From Nitrososphaerota archaeon (lineage in GTDB: Archaea > Thermoproteota > EX4484-205 > JAAOZP01), in the NCBI GenBank assembly GCA_011605725.1, contig JAAOZP010000014.1:32001-96000 (forward strand): DNA of 64,000 nt. The letters run 5' to 3'. Under the pieces are notes generated by a model that was given only the letters and a program-made list of their open reading frames with translations, was not told where the DNA came from and did no database searches. Of this stretch, positions 1 through 9,444 are shown piece after piece. Within the stretch, counting starts at the first letter, position 1; every line of letters begins with the position of its first letter. The position numbers and the translations under genes were made by a program.

Positions 1-144
1 ATTGCTAGACACGTCAAGGCTTCTGAAGCACACGTTATGATCGATGGAAGAATAGTGTGCAGCGGAGACCCTGAGGAAATGGTTTCAAACATCATGGAGC
101 ATGGTTTCGAAGCATGCGTGAACTGCAGGAGGGCTAAGCGGTGA
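1..144 (+). CDS. sufC: Fe-S assembly ATPase SufC, C-terminal part (truncated by window)
   Basis: Frame 1 reads IARHVKASEAHVMIDGRIVCSGDPEE...HGF; its stop overlaps the start of the SufB/D-family gene. Confidence 0.8.
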   Translation: MARHVKASEAHVMIDGRIVCSGDPEEMVSNIMEHGFEACVNCRRAKR

Positions 145-1346
145 ATCTGGAGGAGGCTAGAAGACTTCTCAAGCCGAAGGCTGAGAAAGCCTTGGCTAAA
201 CCGGCTCCATACGGGTTAGACCTGAGTCTTTCAAGTTTCAATCTTGGAACAGGCTTTGGAACAGGAGTTGAAGGCTCTGAGAAGATTCTAGAATCAGTGG
301 GGATAGACTTGAATGAAAGGAACAGGTCTGGAAGCTACTACCAGGTGGATAACAAGGCAGTGTATTCCTCCACTAGGCAGAAAGGGTTAACGGTTAAACC
401 GTTAAGCCAGGCTCTTAAAAACCCTGAAAACCTAGACTACTATTGGAAGGCTCTGCCCGTCGACACCGACAAGTATACTGCTGCAGCATTCCTAGGGGAG
501 AAGGAAGGATACTTCATAAAAGTGGATGACGGTGTTAACGTTGACACGCCTGTGCAAGCCTGCCTCCTCCTTAGAACACCGGGATTGATTCAGGCTCCGC
601 ACAACATAGTGGTGGTTGGGGAAAACTCCAGGTTGCACGTAATAACGGGGTGCGCCGCCATGAGGGAGGAGGCTGGCCTACACATCGGAGTATCAGAGTT
701 CTACGTGAAGAAGGGAGGCACATTAACTTTCACCATGATCCACAGCTGGGGTAAAGCTATTCACGTCAGACCCAGGACAGTAGCCCACGTCGGGGAAAAC
801 AGTGTCTTCATAAGCCACTACATAAACACTTCGCAAGTCTCCTCTCTCCAAACACATCCTGTAGCATATCTAGACGGGGAGGGAAGTAGAGCCTACTTGT
901 CATCCATAATAATAGGCAGGGGAGCATCCAAAATTGACGTGGGCGGCACCCTGGAACTAGATGCTCCAGCATGCTCCGGCGAAATACTTTCTAGAACAAT
1001 AGGCTTCGACGAGAGCACGGTCATCGCTAGAGCCAGGGTCACCGGCAAGGCTCCAGGAGTTAGGGGGCATGTGGAATGCAGGGGACTACTATTGTCGAAC
1101 AAGTCTAGGATAGACGCAATACCTGAGCTGGAGGCAAGAGTGCAGGATGTTCAGCTGACTCATGAGGCTGCCATAGGCAGGATAGCTGAGGAGGAGCTCC
1201 TATACCTGGTGGCGAGAGGCTTCACAGAGGAAGAAGCCAGATCAATAATAGTGAGAGGCTTCCTGAGCGTCGAGCTTACAGGCCTCCCTGAAAACCTGGC
1301 TAAGTACTTGGAGGGTATTCTAGACAGCCTAGCCTCCTCGCTCTAG
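141..1346 (+). CDS. sufB: SufB/SufD family Fe-S scaffold protein
   Basis: GHVECRGLLL, PELE and LTHEAAIGRI..EELLYL.ARG motifs. Confidence 0.9.
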   Translation: MNLEEARRLLKPKAEKALAKPAPYGLDLSLSSFNLGTGFGTGVEGSEKILESVGIDLNERNRSGSYYQVDNKAVYSSTRQKGLTVKPLSQALKNPENLDYYWKALPVDTDKYTAAAFLGEKEGYFIKVDDGVNVDTPVQACLLLRTPGLIQAPHNIVVVGENSRLHVITGCAAMREEAGLHIGVSEFYVKKGGTLTFTMIHSWGKAIHVRPRTVAHVGENSVFISHYINTSQVSSLQTHPVAYLDGEGSRAYLSSIIIGRGASKIDVGGTLELDAPACSGEILSRTIGFDESTVIARARVTGKAPGVRGHVECRGLLLSNKSRIDAIPELEARVQDVQLTHEAAIGRIAEEELLYLVARGFTEEEARSIIVRGFLSVELTGLPENLAKYLEGILDSLASSL

Positions 1347-1393
1347 CCTTCGCCCCAAAAATTGAAGCGCGCGAGAGGAGGTTCGAGAAATAT

Positions 1394-1741
1394 TTGAAGA
1401 TGACTAGCGCCTTCAGGTTTCCTGGCCTGAGGGTCGGATGGAGCCTTGCAGACTGCGCCAAGAGCCACATGTGGGGAATCGAGGTAGCTAAAAGGGTTAG
1501 CGAAAAACATGGTGTCAAGGTTAGATTCGAAATAGACTATGAATCGGGCTTCTTCACAACCTTCGACTCAACTGGGATGAACGACGAGCAGTTAATCAAC
1601 GAGATCATGAAGAGGGTAAACGCAATCGCCGAAGCTAGGGAGATGTTTTTTAATGAGGAAACGATGAACGAATTCCTGGCCAGCAAAGGAATAGAGGTTG
1701 AGAGGAAGCGCAGCAGGCGAAGACGAGTCTCGAGAAGCTGA
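1394..1741 (+). CDS. Hypothetical protein, possibly N-terminally truncated
   Basis: 115-aa ORF with normal codon usage; the frame stays open upstream of the TTG. Confidence 0.55.
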   Translation: MKMTSAFRFPGLRVGWSLADCAKSHMWGIEVAKRVSEKHGVKVRFEIDYESGFFTTFDSTGMNDEQLINEIMKRVNAIAEAREMFFNEETMNEFLASKGIEVERKRSRRRRVSRS

Positions 1742-1851
1742 AGGGCAAGAAGGCATTCGTAAGGCTGCTATGGTTCGATGAAGTAGCTAAGAAAGCTTCG
1801 AAGGAGCATGAGGTAGAGGTCAGGGTTAAGGTTGCCGATGATTCCGAATAG
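1738..1851 (+). pseudogene. Fragment paralogous to the preceding hypothetical protein
   Basis: WFDEVAKKASKEHEVEVRVKVADDS resembles WGIEVAKRVSEKHGVKVRFEIDYES. Confidence 0.45.
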
Positions 1852-2007
1852 CGTGCCATATTGATCAAGCCTTTGAAGCATAACTGGACACGCATCCTGC
1901 CTTCTGTCTTTAGCATGAATTAGAGGGTTGGCAGAAGAGGGTTAAGTTCCAACTGACTTCAAAAAGGTGAAACATTATAGAAACATATCTATAACTATAA
2001 ATTATTG

Positions 2008-2103
2008 CGGGCCCGGCGGGAATTGAACCCGCAACATCTGGGTTAAAAGCCCAGCGCTCTAACCAGGCTGCTCTCCACACATGTGGATTTGAGCTACGGG
2101 CCC
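2008..2103 (-). tRNA. tRNA-Lys(UUU) with 21-nt D-loop intron (15/16; 2068-2088)
   Basis: GGGCCCG acceptor stem, CTGGG-CTTTTAA-CCCAG anticodon arm, GTTCAAT T-loop; GCTC/GAGC helix with 3-nt bulges. Confidence 0.93.
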
Positions 2104-2229
2104 TAGAAAAGCTGAGCTCAAGAGGAATAAAAACGTTTCTTAGCTCGATCAAGATATGGCAAGCTTAGGATTCCTGAGCCTTATCCTCGGGGGATTCGTA
2201 TTATTGCCGGTTAAATATTGTTGTTTCCG

Positions 2230-2769
2230 CTAGCTGAGGATTTCTTGGAAAAACTCGTTTAATTCTTCAAGCCTTCTTATCGCGGGGTGGTCTGAGCCCA
2301 GCTTCTCCTTGAAGTATTTCAGGGTCTCTGTGAACTCTACTTTCCTGTCGCCGTCTACAAGCTTGTCAGCGTAGCAGACTATTTTCTCCTCAATGGTCTC
2401 GGGGATTAGGCTTATGGAGCCTAGTTTCAGCTTCACCGCTTCCTCCTCGCTTATTCCTGCTCCCACGTGTCTCTCAACTATTTTCGCAAGCCTCTCGTCC
2501 AGTTTTCTTCTTCTCACTATTTGCCCGCCTATTACTCCGTGTGAAACATCATGGGTAACTGCTCTACCAATGTCGTGGAGCAGTGCTCCTGCTGCAACCA
2601 GCTTCCTATTCACATGATATCCTTTCGACTCTAGTCTGTTTGCTAAGTCTTTTGCGACTTCGCTGACTTTCAAAACGTGTTTGAGAACGTTACTGTTAAC
2701 CCCTTCCTCTAAAAGAATCTTCACGCATTTATCCTCACTCGGTATTCTACTCTTTCTCCTCATTTTCAA
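2230..2769 (-). CDS. HD-domain phosphohydrolase
   Basis: H...ALLHDIG...H...HVGAG...YADK motifs. Confidence 0.9.
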   Translation of the reverse strand: MKMRRKSRIPSEDKCVKILLEEGVNSNVLKHVLKVSEVAKDLANRLESKGYHVNRKLVAAGALLHDIGRAVTHDVSHGVIGGQIVRRRKLDERLAKIVERHVGAGISEEEAVKLKLGSISLIPETIEEKIVCYADKLVDGDRKVEFTETLKYFKEKLGSDHPAIRRLEELNEFFQEILS

Positions 2770-3274
2770 TTGTTTTTATCAACGTATTCAGCTTCTTCAA
2801 GTATTCCTCCTTATTCATTCTGAACAAGGGTTCGCCGCACACGGGGCATTTGAAAAGGTTTTCAACAGCCTCGTCGAAAACAAGTATTTTATGACCTTCC
2901 TTCCCACAGTGGTAGAGCTCGTTGGCCTCGACGAACGCGAGCTTCTCCTTAAGCTTCTGCAGAATCATTCTCCTGTAGTTTGTCGCTATTCCTTCCGCCT
3001 GGTCTATAAGCGGCATCCATAGGAATATGCTTTTTATCTTGTCTCCCTCCTCCTTCTTCAATTCCTCGTAGGTTATCAAAGCCTTCTCGTAAAGCTTGAA
3101 AAGTATCTTCCTAACGTCTCCCACTCTTAACCCGGTTTTAGAGGATATTTGCTCTTCAGTAGCCTTCTTAAGCTGTATTAATGCTTCCGCAACCTCTATC
3201 GCCTCGTCTCCTCCTATCAGGCCTACGATCTGCGTGTAAAGGTGGCTTATGGCGTCAAACCTGTCCTCGCTCAA
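2747..3274 (-). CDS. tfe: Transcription factor E (TFIIE-alpha homolog)
   Basis: Winged helix VRKILFKLY plus FKCPVCGEPL zinc ribbon. Confidence 0.92.
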   Translation of the reverse strand: MSEDRFDAISHLYTQIVGLIGGDEAIEVAEALIQLKKATEEQISSKTGLRVGDVRKILFKLYEKALITYEELKKEEGDKIKSIFLWMPLIDQAEGIATNYRRMILQKLKEKLAFVEANELYHCGKEGHKILVFDEAVENLFKCPVCGEPLFRMNKEEYLKKLNTLIKTIENEEKE

Positions 3275-3836
3275 CTTTCTCCTCCTCCTTGTAAAGCGGG
3301 TTCCTACATATTACTTTTCCCCTAGGCGAGGGAACCACGGAGATCCTTGCCTTGTAATGCTGCATATAGAGCTCCCTACCCTTGAAAAACCTGTCTAAGA
3401 ATATTGCGAGCGCAGCTATCTCTGAATGAGGCTGGTTCGTTATCGAAACATTATAGTCGGAAGCTTCATAGGCTTCGCGTGGAACCTTTCGGCCGCCGAT
3501 TATCACTAGGAGCCTGCCCGCCCCTCTGACGCGTTCAATAACGTTTTCAACAGGCATGCCGTACATCGTGAGGTGGATGATGAGGCTTCCCCTGCTTCTC
3601 CACTCCTCAACTGTTTTCAGCCAGTTTCCACTGTAGTCGACGCTTATTCTTCCACCCCAATCTTTAACAACCTTTCTGGCTTTCTCCTCAAGCTTAGAAT
3701 CCCTGTCCCCGTGAATGATGAACGATGATGCTCCGAAGGCTCTTGAAACAAGGAAAGCATGCATAGTTACCCTCTTATCCCTGAATATTCTGTGGCCGAG
3801 ACGGAGAACGCCTATTTCGCAACACTCCTGCATCAT
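3255..3836 (-). CDS. trm56: tRNA (cytidine56-2'-O)-methyltransferase, SPOUT family
   Basis: LRLGHR..RDKRVT, HLTMYG and NQPHSEIAALAIFLD motifs; start moved to MMQE. Confidence 0.93.
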   Translation of the reverse strand: MMQECCEIGVLRLGHRIFRDKRVTMHAFLVSRAFGASSFIIHGDRDSKLEEKARKVVKDWGGRISVDYSGNWLKTVEEWRSRGSLIIHLTMYGMPVENVIERVRGAGRLLVIIGGRKVPREAYEASDYNVSITNQPHSEIAALAIFLDRFFKGRELYMQHYKARISVVPSPRGKVICRNPLYKEEEKVERGQV

Positions 3837-3852
3837 GGCTAAAACTAGCCTC

Positions 3853-4389
3853 CTACTGTTCCGCAGCCTCGTCGCGCAAAACATCTCCCAGGGTTAAGGT
3901 TGAAGAAGGCTTCTTGACGAGATGCTGGGTTGGAAGCTTTTCTTCCCTCACAGTACTCGTTTTAAGCAGCTTTATTTTTAAAGCATCCTCTATCTTCCTA
4001 ATGTCAACCAACGATGGAGTTATCTTTCCAGATTCAATCTTCTTTACTAGAGACGTTTTTAAACCGGTTTTCTCACCCAGGTCCTCCTCGCTCCAGCCGA
4101 GTTCTCTCCTCCTATTCTTAATAAGCTCCTTATAATTGTCTACAAGCTCCATCGTCTCCGGTAGGGGAACAGTTTCAACAGGAGTTTTCTTCTCAACTCT
4201 TTTAACCATGGCTGGCTTGGCAACAACCGGTTTCTTAAGCAGGGCTCCACTAGGCTTGACAAGCATGCTTTCAACAGGAGTTTTCTTAGTAAGAGTGTTG
4301 AAACAGTCTGGGCAAACATTCATAACACTGCCCTCCACAATAACTCTCCTGAGCTTCGGCGACCTAGCTCCACATATCTCACATATCAT
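3853..4389 (-). CDS. mbf1: Archaeal multiprotein bridging factor 1
   Basis: CEICG...VCPDC zinc ribbon, HTH and TLGD tail. Confidence 0.9.
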   Translation of the reverse strand: MICEICGARSPKLRRVIVEGSVMNVCPDCFNTLTKKTPVESMLVKPSGALLKKPVVAKPAMVKRVEKKTPVETVPLPETMELVDNYKELIKNRRRELGWSEEDLGEKTGLKTSLVKKIESGKITPSLVDIRKIEDALKIKLLKTSTVREEKLPTQHLVKKPSSTLTLGDVLRDEAAEQ

Positions 4390-4435
4390 TTTAAAGACGC
4401 TTAAGAGACTATGCGGGAAGCAAATATGCCTTTCC

Positions 4436-4789
4436 CTATTGGCCTGATTGAAGGAGGACTATTGCTTGAGCAATATCGCCCTCCGTTGTTATCAGCGCCT
4501 TCCTAGCTTCCTCAACACTTCTACCAGTCTGTTTCGCCACCAGCAGAACATCCTCCTCCTGAGGAACATACTCTTCCTTCTCCTTCTTCTCAACCATAGG
4601 CTCCCCGATAACCTGGTATATCTCCTGGCCACCACCAACCATCTTAGTCACAGTCGGAGAGTCGAAAACAATCCTCTCACTATCAGTCTCTATAATCACG
4701 CTTCTAACGCCCTGTACCTCTTCAATCCTTATCCCAAGCCTCTTGAGCAGACGTTCCTGCTCCCTCTTAGACCCGAATCTCAGTCCCAT
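4436..4789 (-). CDS. nac: Nascent polypeptide-associated complex protein
   Basis: NAC domain plus UBA-like EDV.LVA.QT...EARKAL...GDIAQAI. Confidence 0.92.
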   Translation of the reverse strand: MGLRFGSKREQERLLKRLGIRIEEVQGVRSVIIETDSERIVFDSPTVTKMVGGGQEIYQVIGEPMVEKKEKEEYVPQEEDVLLVAKQTGRSVEEARKALITTEGDIAQAIVLLQSGQ

Positions 4790-4832
4790 GGCTAACGGTT
4801 CACGATACTCTTCACCAGGGTTGGCTTAAACT

Positions 4833-5075
4833 TTACTTGGAGAAGCCTTCGATAGGCATCAGAGTAAGAGTGTTCCTCACACCCTCAATCTTCCTAATAT
4901 ACTTGCTTATGAATTCCTTAAGCTTCTCACTGTTCTCAGCCTCAACCTTAGTAATAATATCGTAGACGCCGAAAACAATCCAGGACTCTACAACCCCAGG
5001 AGTCTCCTTAAGCTTATTCAGAACATCGTTCTCAGTACCTATCTCAACATTCATCAAAACATATGCGTGAGCCAT
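4833..5075 (-). CDS. Stand-alone Lrp/AsnC ligand-binding domain protein
   Basis: AYVLMNV...VFGVYDII.KVE...IRKIEGV..TLTL. Confidence 0.88.
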   Translation of the reverse strand: MAHAYVLMNVEIGTENDVLNKLKETPGVVESWIVFGVYDIITKVEAENSEKLKEFISKYIRKIEGVRNTLTLMPIEGFSK

Positions 5076-5282
5076 TTTCCCATCTAAGATTAATTCCCAT
5101 TAACTCCTTAATAAAACCTTCCCCGTCCCAGCCCCTGTTTAAGCCTAGCCGGCATTAAACAACCGTTAAAAACAGCAAGCAACACTAGAAACACTATATA
5201 TGGTTGAAACAGAGCGTAAACCCTATCTCATTAGCATGAAAAACCTTAAAAATCCGTCGCAAATGAAAACACACGGGGAACC

Positions 5283-5421
5283 GGGGCCATAGTCTAACCA
5301 GGCAGGACGGCGGGCTCCAGCCAAACGCAAGCCAGCGATCCCGGCGAGGGAGATGAGGAAAGGTTGGAGCTGGGAATATGAGAGACACCCGTGAATGGGC
5401 GTTCAAATCGCCCTGGCCCCA
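5283..5421 (+). tRNA. tRNA-Trp(CCA) with ~66-nt intron at 37/38 (5321-5386)
   Basis: GGGGCCA/TGGCCCC acceptor stem, GCGGG-CTCCAG...A-CCCGT anticodon arm, GTTCAAATC T-loop. Confidence 0.9.
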
Positions 5422-5574
5422 CTCCCCTCTTAAGGGATTCTTTAAGCCAGCTTATAGAAACTTCCTGCTCCTTTCTCTCATGCCTTTTGGACTTTTTCCT
5501 TAACCCAAACTTGGCTAAAAGAGTATCGCGGACACTAAGTATTCCTTTCTGTATTCACCCTCTTCGAACACCAG

Positions 5575-5784
5575 ATGCCAAAAAGCCTCCATATACGTCT
5601 GAAGTCCGTAGTGGGGAAGGAAGACCTCAATAGTGGCGAATTAAGGTCTGTCGAGGAGAAATTGACAAGGTTTTCATGCAGAAGAATCTTATTCGTGCCG
5701 AAGAAGGAGAAATTGCCTAAGGAACCCAATGGGATAGAAGTATGGGACGTTGACGCAATCCTCAATCGTGAACAGGAGAACTAG
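5575..5784 (+). pseudogene. Probable C-terminal gene fragment of unknown function
   Basis: Protein-like 3' half (RRILFVP...IEVWDV) with no credible N-terminus; lies just after the tRNA. Confidence 0.3.
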
Positions 5785-5952
5785 AAATTATCGCGTGTTA
5801 GCGTGCTTAATCTGCCCGAACTCTCCCTGTCCTCGACTACCAGCAGTGGATTTCCACGTTTTGAGAGTATTTCCTATCGGCTTGATTCCATTTGGATACA
5901 TTTTTCTAATTTCATCTATTCCTTTAGTAACTGTCTAACAAAAAGTTTAATT

Positions 5953-6591
5953 CTATAATACTTCGAGATTAAACCAGAATCTTGCTTTAGGATACTTCTT
6001 GTGGATTTCCAGGGCTTTCATGAAGAAGTCGCCGAATTTTTTGCCACGCCAGTTCATGGTTTCTATTGTACGATTCATGTTTTCCTCGAGCGTTGACTCT
6101 TTATGTGAAAACCATCGGAGGAGCCTCTTGGCGACCTCCATGTCCTGGGGGTCCTCCTTCGAGAGCAGAGTCTGCGACGCGAGACGGTTTATCTCGTCCT
6201 GCACCTCTTTCAAATCCAGTATCTCGCATGGCCAGAGCGCACGCTTCCCCCTTCCTCTTAGCAACCTCACGAACCTCGTCCTCACTTTTATCTTCTCCCT
6301 CAGGGAGTTGAACAGCCGGTAGGTCTCCTCAAAGTAGGAGAACGGTAGATCATAACCGAAGAATAGCGACATCGATAGCGATGCTTCGCGTATTTCCCGT
6401 AGATCTTCGTCATTATGGATGATATGGCATGTATGAATAAGCATTGGTATGTATTTGAAGCCCTTGAGCTGGAGAGCCTTGACATCGCTCCAGCCAAACC
6501 ATAAGCCCTCCTTATCAAGCCGCTCGATCTCCTCCCTAGCTTTTCGCGAACACCTGCTTGAGGCCTTTATGCCGAGGACGAGTTGCGTCAT
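5953..6591 (-). CDS. Putative immunity protein, paralog 3
   Basis: Shares SS....AR.E, LQLKG.KY.P, ALW, EVQDE.N.L, EDP.D and KKYP.ARFW with three paralogs; follows a toxin CT fragment. Confidence 0.7.
   Translation of the reverse strand: MTQLVLGIKASSRCSRKAREEIERLDKEGLWFGWSDVKALQLKGFKYIPMLIHTCHIIHNDEDLREIREASLSMSLFFGYDLPFSYFEETYRLFNSLREKIKVRTRFVRLLRGRGKRALWPCEILDLKEVQDEINRLASQTLLSKEDPQDMEVAKRLLRWFSHKESTLEENMNRTIETMNWRGKKFGDFFMKALEIHKKYPKARFWFNLEVL
6121..6244. repeat. 124-bp exact inverted repeat of 10371-10494
   Basis: Direct comparison; further inverted blocks at 5951-6036/10576-10660, 6446-6493/10146-10193 and 6620-6717/9928-10025. Confidence 0.9.
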
Positions 6592-6594
6592 GCC

Positions 6595-6749
6595 TCAACC
6601 TCCAGTCCACTCCACACCTTTAATGAAAATCTTAAGCACATCCCTATTGCTTTTATAAAGCTCTTTAAGATACTCGAAGAGGGCTTTTGCATTCAGGGAC
6701 TGAGGCTCATCGTAGAAGCGGTACATCAGGATTGCATTCCCCCTCTTTT
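6595..6749 (-). pseudogene. Orphan toxin C-terminal fragment 3
   Basis: NAILMYRFYDEPQSLNAKALFEYLKELYKSNRDVLKIFIKGVEWTGG*; 98 nt identical to 9928-10025. Confidence 0.75.
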
Positions 6750-7349
6750 TTATAGCAATATGACATACCACCAGAACCTTGCACTGGGGTATTTTTTAGA
6801 AATGTCTATTAGATTCAGGAAGTAGCTACCGATATCCCTTACACATTTGTTTTCGAATTCTATCTCACGGTCGATTTTCTCCTCTAGTTCCATTTCCTCG
6901 TCCTTAAGAGAGCTGTGAGCAAGGAGCCTCATAGCCATCTTCCTATCATCAGGGTCCTCCTTAAACAACAAGGGATGCGTTACGAGCCTATGAACCTCGT
7001 TCTGAACCTCCTTAAGCTTAAGGACGTCGTTGGACCAGAGAGCATATTCCGCTCTACCCTTTGGTCTGACGATTCTAACATCGATTCTCTGCTTCAACTC
7101 CCTAAACGTTTTAATGATCTCCTCAAAGTAAGAAGGAGGAAGGCCGATGTAAGAGGATAGGAAATCTGAGGGCTCCTCGGCGATAAAGGATGCAGTATAC
7201 ACTATAGTCGGTACATACTTCAAGCCCTTATACTGCATGAGTTCTGTCTCAATCCAAAAGAAGCTCTTGCTCTTATACTGCTTAAGCTCTTTCCTAGCTT
7301 TCCACGGAGACTTGCTCGAAATCCTCAGCTTGAGATAGTAATTGCTCAT
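6750..7349 (-). CDS. Putative immunity protein, paralog 2
   Basis: Same family motifs; starts 4 nt after a toxin-fragment stop. Confidence 0.7.
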   Translation of the reverse strand: MSNYYLKLRISSKSPWKARKELKQYKSKSFFWIETELMQYKGLKYVPTIVYTASFIAEEPSDFLSSYIGLPPSYFEEIIKTFRELKQRIDVRIVRPKGRAEYALWSNDVLKLKEVQNEVHRLVTHPLLFKEDPDDRKMAMRLLAHSSLKDEEMELEEKIDREIEFENKCVRDIGSYFLNLIDISKKYPSARFWWYVILL

Positions 7350-7353
7350 CCCG

Positions 7354-7667
7354 CTAGCCTCCAGTCCATTCTATGCCATTGATAAAGATTCTCAATCTTC
7401 CAGGATGCCTTCTACTTAGCTCCTCAAGGTAATCGAACAGCCCCATTGCATCCATGCTCCGAGGCTCCTCATAAAATCGATACATCAAAACTGAGCCCTC
7501 TTTCTCAGCAACATATAGGTATACATCAGCATCTTTTTTCAAGTCTTCAAGACCACCTGTTTCATATCCATGCTTAACCTCAATACTTTTCTTAAATCGC
7601 CTACATAATCAAAGAAACGGTCTATTTTCCGTAATCCTTCTGCCTTGGCCTCGAAACGGTTTCTCAT
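7354..7667 (-). pseudogene. Orphan PD-(D/E)xK toxin C-terminal fragment 2, frameshifted
   Basis: RFE...FFDYVGD, then a frame change to IEVKHGYETGGLEDLKK...MYRFYEEP...IFINGIEWTGG. Confidence 0.7.
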
Positions 7668-8272
7668 CCGGGGGTTTCTACGTAAAGCCAGAACTTCGCA
7701 GTAGGATATTTTTTCGAAATATCTATCAGCTTCAAGAAATAGCTGGCGAAGTCTTTGCTCCACTTATTTTCAGATTCTATCACCTTGTCTATTTTATCTT
7801 CAAAAGTTAACTTCTCTTTTCCATGCCAATGAATATGGGGAAGAAGCTTTTCAGCTATCTTCCTGTCCTCAGGGTCTTCCCTCGATAGCAAATCGCCGTT
7901 AGCAAGCCAATTTACCTCATCCTGGACCTTCCTAAGGCTGAGGACGATGTTGGGCCAGAGGGCATAATCTGCCCTGCTCCATGACCTAACGATTCTAACA
8001 TTAACCTTCTGCCTTAATTCCTCAAATACCTTAATAACTTCTTCGAAGTGGGAGAGCGATAAGCCGATCCTAGAGGGCAAAAACTCAGAAGGCCTTTTAG
8101 GCACTCCGCTTGCAGCATAGATTATTGTCGGCATATACTTTAAGCCCTTTAACTGCAGTACCTCAATATCAGTCCACCAAATGGGGCGTTTATACTTAAC
8201 CTCCTTAAGCTCCTTCCTAGCCTCCCGCGGGGTCTTGCTTGAAACCCTTATCCTTAGGTAGTAGTGGCTCAT
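7664..8272 (-). CDS. Putative immunity protein, paralog 1
   Basis: Same family motifs; ATG directly follows the toxin stop codon. Confidence 0.7.
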   Translation of the reverse strand: MSHYYLRIRVSSKTPREARKELKEVKYKRPIWWTDIEVLQLKGLKYMPTIIYAASGVPKRPSEFLPSRIGLSLSHFEEVIKVFEELRQKVNVRIVRSWSRADYALWPNIVLSLRKVQDEVNWLANGDLLSREDPEDRKIAEKLLPHIHWHGKEKLTFEDKIDKVIESENKWSKDFASYFLKLIDISKKYPTAKFWLYVETPG

Positions 8273-9014
8273 CTAACCTCCCTTCCACTCCACACCTTTA
8301 ATGAAGATTCTTAACCTCTCAGGATGCTCCTTACTTAGCTCTTTAAGGTAATTGAATAACCCTATTGCGTTTTCGCTCTGAGGCTCATCGTAGAACCGGT
8401 ACATTAAGACCCAACCATTTTTCTCGGCAATGTACAGATATATATCGGAATCCTTTTTTTAAGTCTTCGAGGTCCCCTGTTTCATATCCATGCTTCACCT
8501 CAATGATCGCCTCATCCCCATCCTTTGTCACTCCTTTATAATCGAAAAATACGCATTCTTTGTTAAATTTTTTCTTCTCAGCCTCAATAAAATCATATTT
8601 ATGCTCCATCTCTGTAATCTTTCCACCCTCGCTTTCAAAGCGTATCTTCTCATAAAACATTGCTATAAAGTGTGCAGGTGCATTGGACGCCCTCCTAGGT
8701 ATTTGTTCATTTATGCCTATAATCGTTAGAGGAATATCTCCATCATCCTCATGTTTGACGAATAGCACATCCTTCAATAAAATATCCAGAACTTCGACCT
8801 CAGTGTGATATTCGAGGTAAATTATATTACGATAGTTCCCCCCTGTTTTCACGATTTCTGAAGTAACCTTCACCGACCTGCCGTCATCCCCTAGGGCTAG
8901 CCTGAACCCGATTGCGTCCCCGCTCTTAAGCGGTATTTCAAGGTTCACGATACTGCCCTTGGGCTTCTTGAAGCCAGCGTCCCCGACCTCGAAGCTCCTA
9001 GACGCTAGCGCGCG
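8273..9014 (-). pseudogene. PD-(D/E)xK toxin-like gene 1, N-truncated, +1 frameshift in A7 run (8454-8460)
   Basis: FFDYKG...IIEVKHG; removing one A restores DSDIYLYIAEKNGWVLMYRFYDEP...IFIKGVEWKGG*. Confidence 0.7.
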
Positions 9015-9444
9015 CTATCTTTTGGCCAAAAATATTAGTGAAGTCTCCCTAGCTCAATGACGAGAGCACCCGCTTCCCTGAAGCTTAACACCCCACGAAC
9101 CCTAACCTCCTCCAGAAACTTTCAAACAGTATCTTGGTTCCTCAGGCTGTTCAGGCCTGCTCTAACTCCAACGTTAAGATCCTTAATAGGAATTTTACTG
9201 ACCTCTCACTCTCTTCATCAGTACTAATACTGGTTTGAATAGTATCCTGTAGGGATACCATATGCTAATCTTTCATCCTTAAACAATTTCTATGGTATCA
9301 TTAGAGCTAATTAATTTGATGAAGAGTTTCTTGATGGTGGTTTCGTTGAAACAGCAACATAGAGCCTTTTTATTGTTAGGAGAATATGGGTGTATAAAAA
9401 GGGTTTGCAGATGTTGTTTTAGATTGTTGCTATATGCGTTTGAA

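Noticed and set aside
9292-9444. N-terminal 51 aa of the 9292-10050 ORF as real toxin sequence
   Set aside because: No similarity to copy 1 upstream of DRSVKVT and atypical composition; probably a chance open frame
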